Of a stretch of 64,000 nucleotides of DNA, positions 1-8,509 are shown one piece after another; within the stretch, counting starts at the first letter, position 1, and every line of letters begins with the position of its first letter. This DNA comes from Okeania sp. SIO1H2 (GTDB lineage: Bacteria; Cyanobacteriota; Cyanobacteriia; Cyanobacteriales; Microcoleaceae), in the NCBI RefSeq assembly GCF_010672685.1, contig NZ_JAAHGA010000036.1:7773-71772 (forward strand), written 5' to 3'. Below the pieces are notes generated by a model. That model was not told the origin of the DNA. It did not search any database and saw only the letters and a list, made by a program, of their open reading frames with translations. The position numbers and the translations under genes were made by a program.

Positions 1-47
1 TACGAATAGTGGCTATAATGAGACGTTGTAGTTCATCAACTTCTTGA

Positions 48-656
48 ATGATAGAATTAAATAATTCTGGTTTAGCTAAATTTACTGCAACTATTTGTGG
101 TGCAGGTGCTTTAGGAGCAAATATTACTGAAAATTTAGCTCGTTCTGGGTTTAGTAAATTACGGGTTATAGATTGCGATCGCATTGAGGAGGGTAACTTA
201 TCTACTCAACCTTATTATCGTTCTGATATAGGAGCTTTTAAAGTTAAAATTTTGACCAATAGTCTCTATCGTGCTTTAGGAGTAAAAATTGATGGTCAAT
301 CTCAAAAATTAACTGAAGAAAATGCAGGTAAACTATTAGCAAAAAGTGAATTAGTGATTGATACTTTTGATAATAGTATTAGTCGGAGTGCTGTGAAAAA
401 TTATTGTGCTGATGCTAATATTTTTTGTGTTCATGTAGGGTTAGCTTCTGAATATTCAGAGATAATTTGGAATGAAAATTATCGAGTCCCTTCTCCAGTA
501 AATGATGATATTTGTGATTATCCATTAGCGAGAAATTTAGTAATGTTAACTGTTGCTGTTGCTTGTGAAGTTGTAGTGAATTTTGCAGCGACAAAACAGC
601 AGGATAATTTTACTGTGACTTTAGGAGATTTTGCTGTTAGGTCTATAGATTTTTAG
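48..656 (+). CDS. ThiF/MoeB-family E1-like adenylyltransferase (short, 202 aa)
   Basis: Rossmann GxGxxG motif 'ICGAGALGANITENLARSG'. Acidic 'VIDCDRIEEGNLSTQ' corresponds to the ThiF DxD...NLNRQ motif. 'DTFDN' corresponds to the E1 DxxDN motif. The ATG at 48 directly follows a TGA (45-47) that ends an upstream in-frame gene cut off by the window edge. A 53-bp gap separates it from the next gene. Confidence 0.6.
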   Translation: MIELNNSGLAKFTATICGAGALGANITENLARSGFSKLRVIDCDRIEEGNLSTQPYYRSDIGAFKVKILTNSLYRALGVKIDGQSQKLTEENAGKLLAKSELVIDTFDNSISRSAVKNYCADANIFCVHVGLASEYSEIIWNENYRVPSPVNDDICDYPLARNLVMLTVAVACEVVVNFAATKQQDNFTVTLGDFAVRSIDF

Positions 657-709
657 AATTATAAAATTTGCTAACATTTTAATAATTAGGAATTTACCTA
701 ACTTTATAT

Positions 710-2353
710 ATGAATAAAATAGAAATGTTGAATAAAAAGTTAATATTCCCACCTAGAAAAGGAAAAAGTGAAAATGAGGCTTTAGAATGCTCTGAAGCAG
801 TTGTAATTATAGGAGCTAATGGTTCTGGTAAGAGTAGACTTGGTCGTTGGATAGAAGAACACCAAGAAAGTTCTCAAGTGGTTCACAGAATTTCCGCCCA
901 AAGAAATTTAGATTTTTCTGAGTATGTGTCTCTTACAAGTATAGAAAAAGCCAACAATGAGCTATTATTTGGTATAGGTACAATACCTCAAAGCTGGGGA
1001 GAATTACAGACAAAGAAAATACAAAGATGGAAAGCTAATCAGAGACCGGAGTTAAGTGTTACACCTATGCTTGATGATTATGATCAAGTGCTTTCTCTTC
1101 TTTTTGCAAAAGAAAATAATCGAAATAGTGAATATGTCCATCAAGTAAGAGAAATGCAGAGCGAAGGAAATGATAAATCTCCGAAAATTTATGACTCTCC
1201 TATTGATGTAATACAGCGTATTTGGAAAGATATTCTACCTCATAGAAAACTTGTGATTGAAAATGATAAGGTTACTGCTGCTATTTCAAATAGTGATACT
1301 TATCATGGTCGAGAAATGAGTGATGGAGAAAGAGTCGCTTTATATTTAATGGCTCAATGTTTATGCGTACCAAATGACTCTATTTTAATTATAGATGAAC
1401 CAGAAATTCATCTTCATAAGTCATTAATGAATAAGCTTTGGTCAGAAATTGAAGCAGCAAAACCTACTTGTCTATTTATTTATATTACCCACGATCTTGA
1501 CTTTGCGGCCTCTAGAATAGGAGCTAAAAAAATATTAGTTAAAAGCTATGACGGTCAACAATGGGATTGGGATGAAGTACCAGAAAGTGAAAATTTACCA
1601 GAACCAGTGCTTCTTGAAATTTTAGGAAGTAGAAAAAAAATTGTTTTTGTTGAGGGTGATAAAGGCAGCTTAGATTATAAGATTTATTCGGCAATATATC
1701 CAAATTATTTAATAGTGCCTCGTGGAGGTTGTGATAAGGTGATTGAGTCAACAAAAGCAATGCGAGATAATTCAGCATTTCATCACATTAAGGCTTTTGG
1801 TGTTATTGATATGGACTATAGAACTGAATATCAAATAAAAGCTCTCAAAGAATCTGGTATAAAACCTTTGAATGTTGCTGAAATTGAGAATATTTTATGT
1901 GTACCTGAACTACTAGAAATTGTTGCAAATAATCTAGGATTCAACTATGAGGAAATTTATCAGAAAGTTTTAGATTTTGTCATAGATATAATTTCAAAAA
2001 ACTTAGAAGATCAATGTTCAAAGCGTTCATCTGCTGAGATAGAATTCAAATTAAAGATGTTTAATGCAAAGGCTAAGGGAAAAGACGAATTATCTGTAGC
2101 CTTAAAGGATCTTTGTGATTCCATTAATATCAGCGAAATTTATGATAAAAACTTGAAAATATATAATCAAATAATTCAAGAAAAAGATTATAAAAAAGCA
2201 TTATTGTATTACAATAACAAAGGATTATCAAAACTAATTTCAAAGTTTTTTGATGTGCGTGATTATAGTAATCATATTATTAGGCTTTTATCTACTGAAA
2301 ATAGGGAAAAAATTATCTCAGTTTTAAAAGAATATGCTCCAATACTAGATTAG
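710..2353 (+). CDS. Fused ABC-type ATPase (AAA_21-like) and C-terminal DUF4435/TOPRIM-like domain; PARIS AriA-AriB-like or OLD/Gabija-like nuclease
   Basis: Walker A 'GANGSGKS'. ABC signature-like 'SDGERVALYLMAQ'. Walker B/D-loop 'ILIIDEPEIHLH', typical of OLD/AAA_21 ATPases. The C-terminal half has 'IVFVEGDKGSLDYKIY' and 'FGVIDMDYRTE', which are TOPRIM/DUF4435-like Glu and DxD motifs. Confidence 0.6.
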   Translation: MNKIEMLNKKLIFPPRKGKSENEALECSEAVVIIGANGSGKSRLGRWIEEHQESSQVVHRISAQRNLDFSEYVSLTSIEKANNELLFGIGTIPQSWGELQTKKIQRWKANQRPELSVTPMLDDYDQVLSLLFAKENNRNSEYVHQVREMQSEGNDKSPKIYDSPIDVIQRIWKDILPHRKLVIENDKVTAAISNSDTYHGREMSDGERVALYLMAQCLCVPNDSILIIDEPEIHLHKSLMNKLWSEIEAAKPTCLFIYITHDLDFAASRIGAKKILVKSYDGQQWDWDEVPESENLPEPVLLEILGSRKKIVFVEGDKGSLDYKIYSAIYPNYLIVPRGGCDKVIESTKAMRDNSAFHHIKAFGVIDMDYRTEYQIKALKESGIKPLNVAEIENILCVPELLEIVANNLGFNYEEIYQKVLDFVIDIISKNLEDQCSKRSSAEIEFKLKMFNAKAKGKDELSVALKDLCDSINISEIYDKNLKIYNQIIQEKDYKKALLYYNNKGLSKLISKFFDVRDYSNHIIRLLSTENREKIISVLKEYAPILD

Positions 2354-2520
2354 ACATCAAACAGAAGTAAATAATTAGATATCTCCAAAATAAACTCAAA
2401 AAAGATATCGTAGTAATTCAGTCCTGTCATCGTAAAATCTAATGTAGAAAAGCAATCCCAAAAACTATTGGAGATTACTTTCCTATGGCAGTGATTTTAT
2501 ACTAAGTTATCAGTCAAATT

Positions 2521-2636
2521 TGATATATAGCAGTCGAAGGAAAAGTTAGAACAGATAAAAAGCTTAAAACTCAAACAAAGCAATATTCTTCCTTCTTCCC
2601 TCTTCCTTCTTCCTTCTTGCTTCAACAAAAAAAACA
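2521..2636. repeat. Conserved ~65-nt element 'GCAGTCGAAGGAAARGTTAG.ACAGATAAAAAGCTTAAAACTCARACAAAGCAATATT' followed by a (TTCCTTC)n heptamer run; family copy 1 of 4
   Basis: Near-identical copies occur at 46296-46360, 47641-47705 and 61203-61300. All are in the same orientation and each is followed by TTCCTTC-type repeats. Confidence 0.7.
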
Positions 2637-2637
2637 C

Positions 2638-3351
2638 TTAAGCAGCAACCGCTTCTTCATAAGGAACAAAAGATTTCTTCTGCGCTCCACAAATAGGGCA
2701 AGACCAATCTTCAGGAATATCTTCAAATGCTGTACCAGGAGCAATACCAGAGTCAGGGTCGCCAACAACTGGATCGTAAATCATCGAACATACCCGACAG
2801 ATCCATTTACGGGTTGCAGTTTCCTTTCCAGCAGCTTTTTGTTTCGGTGCAACCCCATTCAAACCTTCGAGAGCTTCCGTATATTGATCCGCGTGGTGAT
2901 GCTCAATGCTAGTCAATAAACCAAATTTATGAGTTGCTTGACGGAACATGGAAGCGTGTTCGCGAGACTCTTCCTCTTGCTCCTTAAATTCTGCTGCTGC
3001 GGCACTATCGCGGTCTACCCGTGCTTGCTCGGCAAATTCTGGGTACATAGTTGTATATTCGTAGGTCTCTCCTTCAATTGCTAACTCTAAACAACGAGAA
3101 GCGATCGCTTTTTTCTGCTCTTCAGTCAAAGTAGATGGGTCGTCTACTACTAACTCTGGGTGAAGTAGGCGAAAGTGAGAAAAGGCGTGTTGAGTTTCTT
3201 GGTTAGCTGTTTCCCGGAAAAGTTTGGCTAAATCTGCCATGCCCAATTTCTTGGTTACTTCGGCAAAGAAAAGGTATTTACGGTTAGCCATTGATTCTCC
3301 TCCAAAAGCATCAGACAAGTTTTTGGCGGTGTTAGAGTTGGACAAGTCCAT
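2638..3351 (-). CDS. rbr: Rubrerythrin (ferritin-like diiron domain plus C-terminal rubredoxin-like Cys4)
   Basis: Diiron-site E...ExxH motifs, and C-terminal 'CRVCS...CPICG'. The 237-aa length is typical of rubrerythrin. Confidence 0.85.
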   Translation of the reverse strand: MDLSNSNTAKNLSDAFGGESMANRKYLFFAEVTKKLGMADLAKLFRETANQETQHAFSHFRLLHPELVVDDPSTLTEEQKKAIASRCLELAIEGETYEYTTMYPEFAEQARVDRDSAAAAEFKEQEEESREHASMFRQATHKFGLLTSIEHHHADQYTEALEGLNGVAPKQKAAGKETATRKWICRVCSMIYDPVVGDPDSGIAPGTAFEDIPEDWSCPICGAQKKSFVPYEEAVAA

Positions 3352-3510
3352 GATGTTCTCCTGAATTCTTTCTTTTACTCTGTTATATCTAAGAATAATT
3401 CTTATTTAATAAAATGTCAAGGAAAAGATTAATTTTAAATTAACAACCAATATTTGTTGAGATGTGTTATAATCTGAAGTTGGTATAAAATCTATTAATA
3501 AGCCTAAATA

Positions 3511-3945
3511 ATGAACAGTAACTATACTGCAACAAATATTAAGAAAGAAATGCAATCTAAAGGACTGAGAATCACTCCTCAGCGGTTTGCAGTTTACGCT
3601 AATCTTTTATCTCGTTCAGACCATCCGACAGTAGAGGAGATACTGAGTGAAGTCAACCGTGAGTTACCAATTTCTTCCAAGGCAACTATTTATAGCGCCT
3701 TAACAGTGTTACGAGAAGTAGGGTTAGTTAAGGAAGTATTGTTGGAAGAGGGAGTAACTCGTTATGACGCTAACGTTAAACCTCATCATCATTTTTGCTG
3801 TCAAAAGTGTGGCGCGATCATTGATATCGACTGGGAAACTTTTAGTAATTTGCAAATGGATCGTTTACCACCAGGAATTTATCCTGAAAGTTATGAGGTT
3901 ATTCTTAGGGGTACGTGCAGTCGTGAAAGTTGTAATAAAGCATAG
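3511..3945 (+). CDS. Fur-family transcriptional regulator (PerR-like peroxide or metal sensor)
   Basis: Winged-helix N-terminus 'RITPQRFAVYANLL'. Metal-site 'HHHFCCQKCG' and C-terminal 'CSRESC'. It is divergently transcribed from rubrerythrin. Confidence 0.8.
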   Translation: MNSNYTATNIKKEMQSKGLRITPQRFAVYANLLSRSDHPTVEEILSEVNRELPISSKATIYSALTVLREVGLVKEVLLEEGVTRYDANVKPHHHFCCQKCGAIIDIDWETFSNLQMDRLPPGIYPESYEVILRGTCSRESCNKA

Positions 3946-4250
3946 GCATTGAAGAAGGAAGAAGGAAGAAGAAAGAAGGAAGAAGGAAGAAAGAGGAGAT
4001 ACTAAAAAGTTGACAACCCTCGAATGATACCCAACCAATTCTAGATACCGTGGGTGAGGTTGGGGTATTAAACCCATCAGGGAAAAGATAAATTTGATAG
4101 TGCGAGCATCTTGCTCGCGAATATTTTAGTATCGCTAAAAAAGAAGGAAGAAGAAAGAAGGAAGAAGGAAGAAGGAAGAAAGAATAAGAGAAAAGTGGAT
4201 GGGGATACTAAAAAGTTGCCACGACTCTCGATCACTCCCCAACCAATTGT
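3946..4250. repeat. STRR-like (GAAGGAA)n heptamer arrays flanking a 'GGTGGGGTATTAAACCCATCAGGGAAAAGATAAATTT' element; family copy 1 of 4
   Basis: Two GAAGGAA runs (3946-3995 and 4141-4185) bracket the conserved motif at about 4058-4098. Related motif copies occur at 12204-12240, 27806-27845 and 42290-42322. Confidence 0.7.
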
Positions 4251-4315
4251 TCCTTCTGCCTTCGTTTATGATATTCTTTTTGTTAATTACTATTGCCAAT
4301 TATTAGAATTACCCT

Positions 4316-4702
4316 ATGAAAATCAAAAGCTTCAATCACGTTGCAATTATTTGCTCTAATTATGAAAAATCAAAACATTTTTATGTGAATATTTTAGGAT
4401 TTGAAATTATTCAAGAAACTTGGAGAAAAGCACGCAATTCTTATAAGTTAGATTTACTTGTAGGAAATGGCGATCGCATTGAATTATTTTCATTTCCCAA
4501 CCCTCCAAAAAGATTAACTCGTCCAGAAGCTTGTGGTTTGAGACATTTAGCTTTAGAAGTAGATAATATTGATGAATCTGTCGATTATTTGAAATCTCAC
4601 AATATAGAAGTAGAAAATATTAGAATTGATGAAATAACTAGCAAACGTTTTACTTTCTTTCCCGACCCAGATGGGTTGCCTCTGGAAATTTATGAAAGTT
4701 GA
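4316..4702 (+). CDS. VOC-family protein (glyoxalase/bleomycin-resistance/dioxygenase fold)
   Basis: 'FNHVAIICSNYEKSKHFYVNILGFE' and 'HLALEVDNIDESVDYL' match paired βαβββ modules. 128 aa. Confidence 0.65.
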   Translation: MKIKSFNHVAIICSNYEKSKHFYVNILGFEIIQETWRKARNSYKLDLLVGNGDRIELFSFPNPPKRLTRPEACGLRHLALEVDNIDESVDYLKSHNIEVENIRIDEITSKRFTFFPDPDGLPLEIYES

Positions 4703-5012
4703 AAAAGGCGATTAATAATTAATAATTCATAATTAATAATTGCCTCTTATTTTCAAGTAGAAATAATTATTGATGGTTTACTTCCCCTCCTGGGAGTTGC
4801 TATGGGAACATTGCATGCAACGTCCCTACTGCCACTCAAGAAGGAGTTTGAGTACCCATCCATTTTTTCCTTGCTTCCTTCTTCCTTGCTTCCTTCTTCT
4901 TTGCTTCCTTCTTCCTTCTTCCTTCTTCCTTCTGACTTCTTCCTTCTGACTTCTTTCTTCTTCCTTCAAATAAATGCTAGGATTGTTCATAAAACAATTA
5001 ATTTAGAGTGTA

Positions 5013-6278
5013 ATGGAACAAGAAATCTATAAGCAAGCAGTAGCAAAATCTCGTGCTAAAGACTATGAGGCAGCAATTCAATATTTTAGTAGAGTTATAG
5101 AAATTAATCCTAATTTTGCTGAAGCTTATTATGGCCGAGGTTTAGCAAAGTTTGATTTAGGAAACAACAAAGAAGCCATTGTTGATTATACTCAAGCTTT
5201 AGCAATTAATCCTAATTATATAGATGCTTATTTAGCTCGTGGTATTGCTAAGTTGGCAGTAAAAGATATTTCGGAAACTATTGCAGATGCAAATCAAATA
5301 ATTGCTATTAATAATAACTATGCTCCGGCATATAAATTGTTGGGTAATGCTTATCGTCAACAACATAATCAAGCAGATGCCATAGATAATTTTAAGCGAG
5401 GAGCAGAATTGTATTTAGAACAGAAAGATGTAGTTAATTGTCGGAAATGTTTGGATAATATTAAGCAAATACAATCTGTATCTACTACTGCTGTAAAAGT
5501 TGAAAATAATCTCCAAAAAGGTGATAGTAAAACATTTTTAAATAAGATTTTAAGAAAATTTGAAAAAGGCGATCGCCAGGGAGTAATAGCAGATTTAAAC
5601 TGGGCTTTACAAGTAGACCCAGAAGATTCTCAAGCCTATTGTTGTCGGGGAATTATTCGTTATAAACAAGGGGAGAATTTAGGTGCAATATCAGATTTTA
5701 ATCAAGCTTTGCAATTTAACGACCGAGATATTTTAGCTTATCAAAATCGAGGGATAATTCGCAGTAAAATGGGAGATTTTAAAGGAGCGATCGCTGACCT
5801 TGATGCAGCTTTAAAAATTGAACCGAATAATTCGCTTATTTATGTAAGTCGGGGAAATACTTATCGGGATATGGGAGCATATCAAGAGGCAATAAAAGAT
5901 TATGAACAAGCATTAAAAATTAACCCTAATGAAGCCAAAGCTTTTTATCATCGAGGCATTGTTTATTTCCGTTTAGAAGAAATGAAAAAAGCCATAGATG
6001 ATTATCAGAATGCTGCTAAATTATTCGGGGATGCTGAAGATTGGAATAACTATAAAAAAACCTTAGATGACTTGAAGAAAATTCACGGAACTGTTCCTAG
6101 TCAAAATCAGAACCTTAACGAAGATAATCAATATAAACAACTACAACAAAAACTTTTAAAAATGGTTGGTGGGCATTGGGAAATGGCAGAAAGATTAATC
6201 GCAAAAGTTCGAGAAAAATATCCTGGAAGGGATAAGATTTGGTATTTGGAAAAAGTTATATCTGATTATCAACAATAG
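5013..6278 (+). CDS. Tetratricopeptide-repeat (TPR) protein
   Basis: Multiple 34-residue repeats with the 'A..Y..RG......G....A..DY..AL..NP' pattern. Confidence 0.8.
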   Translation: MEQEIYKQAVAKSRAKDYEAAIQYFSRVIEINPNFAEAYYGRGLAKFDLGNNKEAIVDYTQALAINPNYIDAYLARGIAKLAVKDISETIADANQIIAINNNYAPAYKLLGNAYRQQHNQADAIDNFKRGAELYLEQKDVVNCRKCLDNIKQIQSVSTTAVKVENNLQKGDSKTFLNKILRKFEKGDRQGVIADLNWALQVDPEDSQAYCCRGIIRYKQGENLGAISDFNQALQFNDRDILAYQNRGIIRSKMGDFKGAIADLDAALKIEPNNSLIYVSRGNTYRDMGAYQEAIKDYEQALKINPNEAKAFYHRGIVYFRLEEMKKAIDDYQNAAKLFGDAEDWNNYKKTLDDLKKIHGTVPSQNQNLNEDNQYKQLQQKLLKMVGGHWEMAERLIAKVREKYPGRDKIWYLEKVISDYQQ

Positions 6279-6351
6279 TCATTTCAGTTATCAGTTATCA
6301 GTTATCAGTACCTCTAAAACTCAACTTCCCCCTTCTTCGCTCCTCCTTCTA

Positions 6352-6912
6352 CTATAAATTCAACCTAAAACCAGGCAATAAATTTTCACCCGATAATTCA
6401 GTTGGAAGATTTCTTACTTCCACATCCTTTGCCAAACGATAAATTTCTACTTGTTGCTGCTGAGGATTAATTAACCATCCTAAATTTACTCCAGCATCCA
6501 TATATTCTTGCATTTTGTCGCGCAACATTTCCAAATCATCTGTTCCTGACCTTAATTCAATTACAAAATCCGGTGCAATGGGAGGAAACTTGCGCCGTTG
6601 TTCAGGTGTTAATGCTTCCCAACGTTCCCGTTTTATCCAAGCAACATCTGGGGAACGGTTAGCACCATTTGGCAACTTAAAAACAGTAGATGAACTGAAA
6701 GTAAAACCAAGTTTTGTTTGCCGATTCCAGATGCCCAAATCAATAATTAATTCAGCTTCTCGATTACCACTATCCCCACCAACTGGTGGCATAATAATTA
6801 ATACTCCTTTAGCCGTTATTTCAAAGTTAAAATCGCAGTTATTTTGACATAACTGATAGAATTGTTCGTCTGTGAGATTAACAGTATCTAAATTTAATGT
6901 CAAAGTACTCAT
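6352..6912 (-). CDS. Uma2-family (DUF820) putative restriction-endonuclease-like protein
   Basis: The 'PDVAW', 'PDFVIEL' and 'NLGW' motifs are typical of the cyanobacterial Uma2 family. The start is set at the internal Met 'MSTLTLNL' (6912), because the longer ORF runs into upstream repeat sequence. Confidence 0.65.
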   Translation of the reverse strand: MSTLTLNLDTVNLTDEQFYQLCQNNCDFNFEITAKGVLIIMPPVGGDSGNREAELIIDLGIWNRQTKLGFTFSSSTVFKLPNGANRSPDVAWIKRERWEALTPEQRRKFPPIAPDFVIELRSGTDDLEMLRDKMQEYMDAGVNLGWLINPQQQQVEIYRLAKDVEVRNLPTELSGENLLPGFRLNL

Positions 6913-7098
6913 AATTTTATACTTATTTAGAATTTTTATAAATATTATATGAGGAACTTTCCTACGGAATGCTACGCAAATGTTATCAGCTTGTAGGGGC
7001 GAATGGCATTCGCCCATACTTGAGTTTAAATCTCCTTCTAAAAGTTTACTGCTGAAAGCTGAAAGCTGAGTGCTGAAATGCTGACAGCTTTTTTAAAA

Positions 7099-7965
7099 TT
7101 AGCCAATTTCCGCAGTCATACTAATAACTGTTTCCACAGTTTTACCAGGTTCAGCAATTAATAAACTTTCCCCAGTATTCATAGCATTACGAGGTGCAGT
7201 CCAAGGTTCTAAACAATAAAAATCTTTACCTTTGACAGTCCAAAAAACTAGAGTAGAGTAATTACTATCGTAGTTAATAGTTAACTTCAAATTACGACTT
7301 TTATCAGTAACTACTGCTGATTGTTTTGACAAATTAACAAACGCCCAATCAATTTCTTCGGCATTAAAATCAAACTCTCCAGAAAAAGTATTAACAGTTT
7401 GTTCGCCCTTAAGTTTATACTCATTTGAAGGTAAATCAAACTCTAATTGACTCTTATCAGTTACAGCAAAATAAGGATGAATTCCTGTAGCAAATGGCAT
7501 AGGTTTCTGAGACAAATTCGTGTGAGAATATCGCATCTCTAGAGTATTACCCCGCAATATATATGTATAATTCAACTCAAAATTAAATGGATATACTGCC
7601 CGAGTTTCATCACTGCTGCGGAGAGTCACAGTAATACTTGCGCCATTCTCGGTAGACTGTTGTGTAACTTCCCAAGGGAGGGTACGAGCAAAACCATGTT
7701 GCTTGATTTTGTAGCTTTCTCCATCTAACGTATAGGTATCGTCAACCACGTTGCCACAAATAGGGAACAGTAAAGGAATACCACCGCGTACCGAAAGAGT
7801 GGGGTCAGCAAAACGTTCCTTATCAAGATAAAATATTTTTTGGTCTTGAGTACGCCAGTCAGTAATGATGCCACCTCGTTCGGGAACAACAACTACCATA
7901 GACTGAGTAGTTTCATCAGAAAGGATATAGGGTTGATTTTGATTTTGTCCAACATTAGCAGGCAT
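7099..7965 (-). CDS. Aldose 1-epimerase / glucose-6-phosphate 1-epimerase (YeaD-like) family protein
   Basis: 'GGIPLLFPICGN' and 'KQHGFARTLPWEV' are mutarotase-fold motifs. 288 aa. Confidence 0.7.
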   Translation of the reverse strand: MPANVGQNQNQPYILSDETTQSMVVVVPERGGIITDWRTQDQKIFYLDKERFADPTLSVRGGIPLLFPICGNVVDDTYTLDGESYKIKQHGFARTLPWEVTQQSTENGASITVTLRSSDETRAVYPFNFELNYTYILRGNTLEMRYSHTNLSQKPMPFATGIHPYFAVTDKSQLEFDLPSNEYKLKGEQTVNTFSGEFDFNAEEIDWAFVNLSKQSAVVTDKSRNLKLTINYDSNYSTLVFWTVKGKDFYCLEPWTAPRNAMNTGESLLIAEPGKTVETVISMTAEIG

Positions 7966-8361
7966 AGATAATTTACCTAAAACAACTGCTATTAAATTCT
8001 CATAGAATAGTCTGAAAAACTATTCATTTTGGACATAATACGAATTTGATAAACGTTTGCTACAAATATCTAGGGGATTTTTTAGGAGTCAGGAGTCAGG
8101 AGGCACGGAAGGAAGAGAATTTAGAAAGATTTGGCAATGGCGCTGAGGATGGAACATTTTTTTATACCGAACCCGAGCGGATTTTATATAAAATATTGCT
8201 TAAACCTTTAACCATATCATTTAAGTGAACTGAAAACAAGTCTAAACTTAGTGCTACTAATATCAGTTACCAACATCAAAAAATTAGGTAGTGCATAAGT
8301 TCTGAACTTAAGGAAATATATCTAGCGATCGCAGGACTTATACAATAGACATCTGGTGATC

Positions 8362-8445
8362 ATCAAAAATAAAATCAATTATTGCATATAAATTATCAAT
8401 TATTTCCCCCTACTCCCTACTTCCTACTCCCTCTTTTCCGGAGAT
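8362..8445. repeat. Dispersed ~85-bp repeat 'ATCAAAAATAAAATCAATTAT...ATCAATTATTTCCCCCTACTCCCTAC...CTCTTTTCCGGAGAT'
   Basis: A near-identical copy lies at 34441-34531. A related GGGAGTAGG tail occurs at 50925-50990. Confidence 0.7.
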
Positions 8446-8509
8446 AACTAATATATGAGGTCTAAACACTAAATATATAAAACGTTATAGTTTTGATTGA
8501 CTATATCAA

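Noticed and set aside
1539-1778. Antisense 79-aa ORF inside the ATPase-TOPRIM gene
   Set aside because: Fully embedded opposite a well-supported CDS with no independent signal.
4111-4359. ORF encoding 'KKKEEERRKKEEGRKNKRK...'
   Set aside because: Encoded entirely by the (GAAGGAA)n array, so it is a repeat artefact. The same applies to ORFs 2617..2919, 4802..5032, 12007..12242, 22539..22835, 39794..39982 and 61147..61426.
8046-8228. 60-aa ORF
   Set aside because: It lies in a GGAGTCAGG repeat region with poor coding character.
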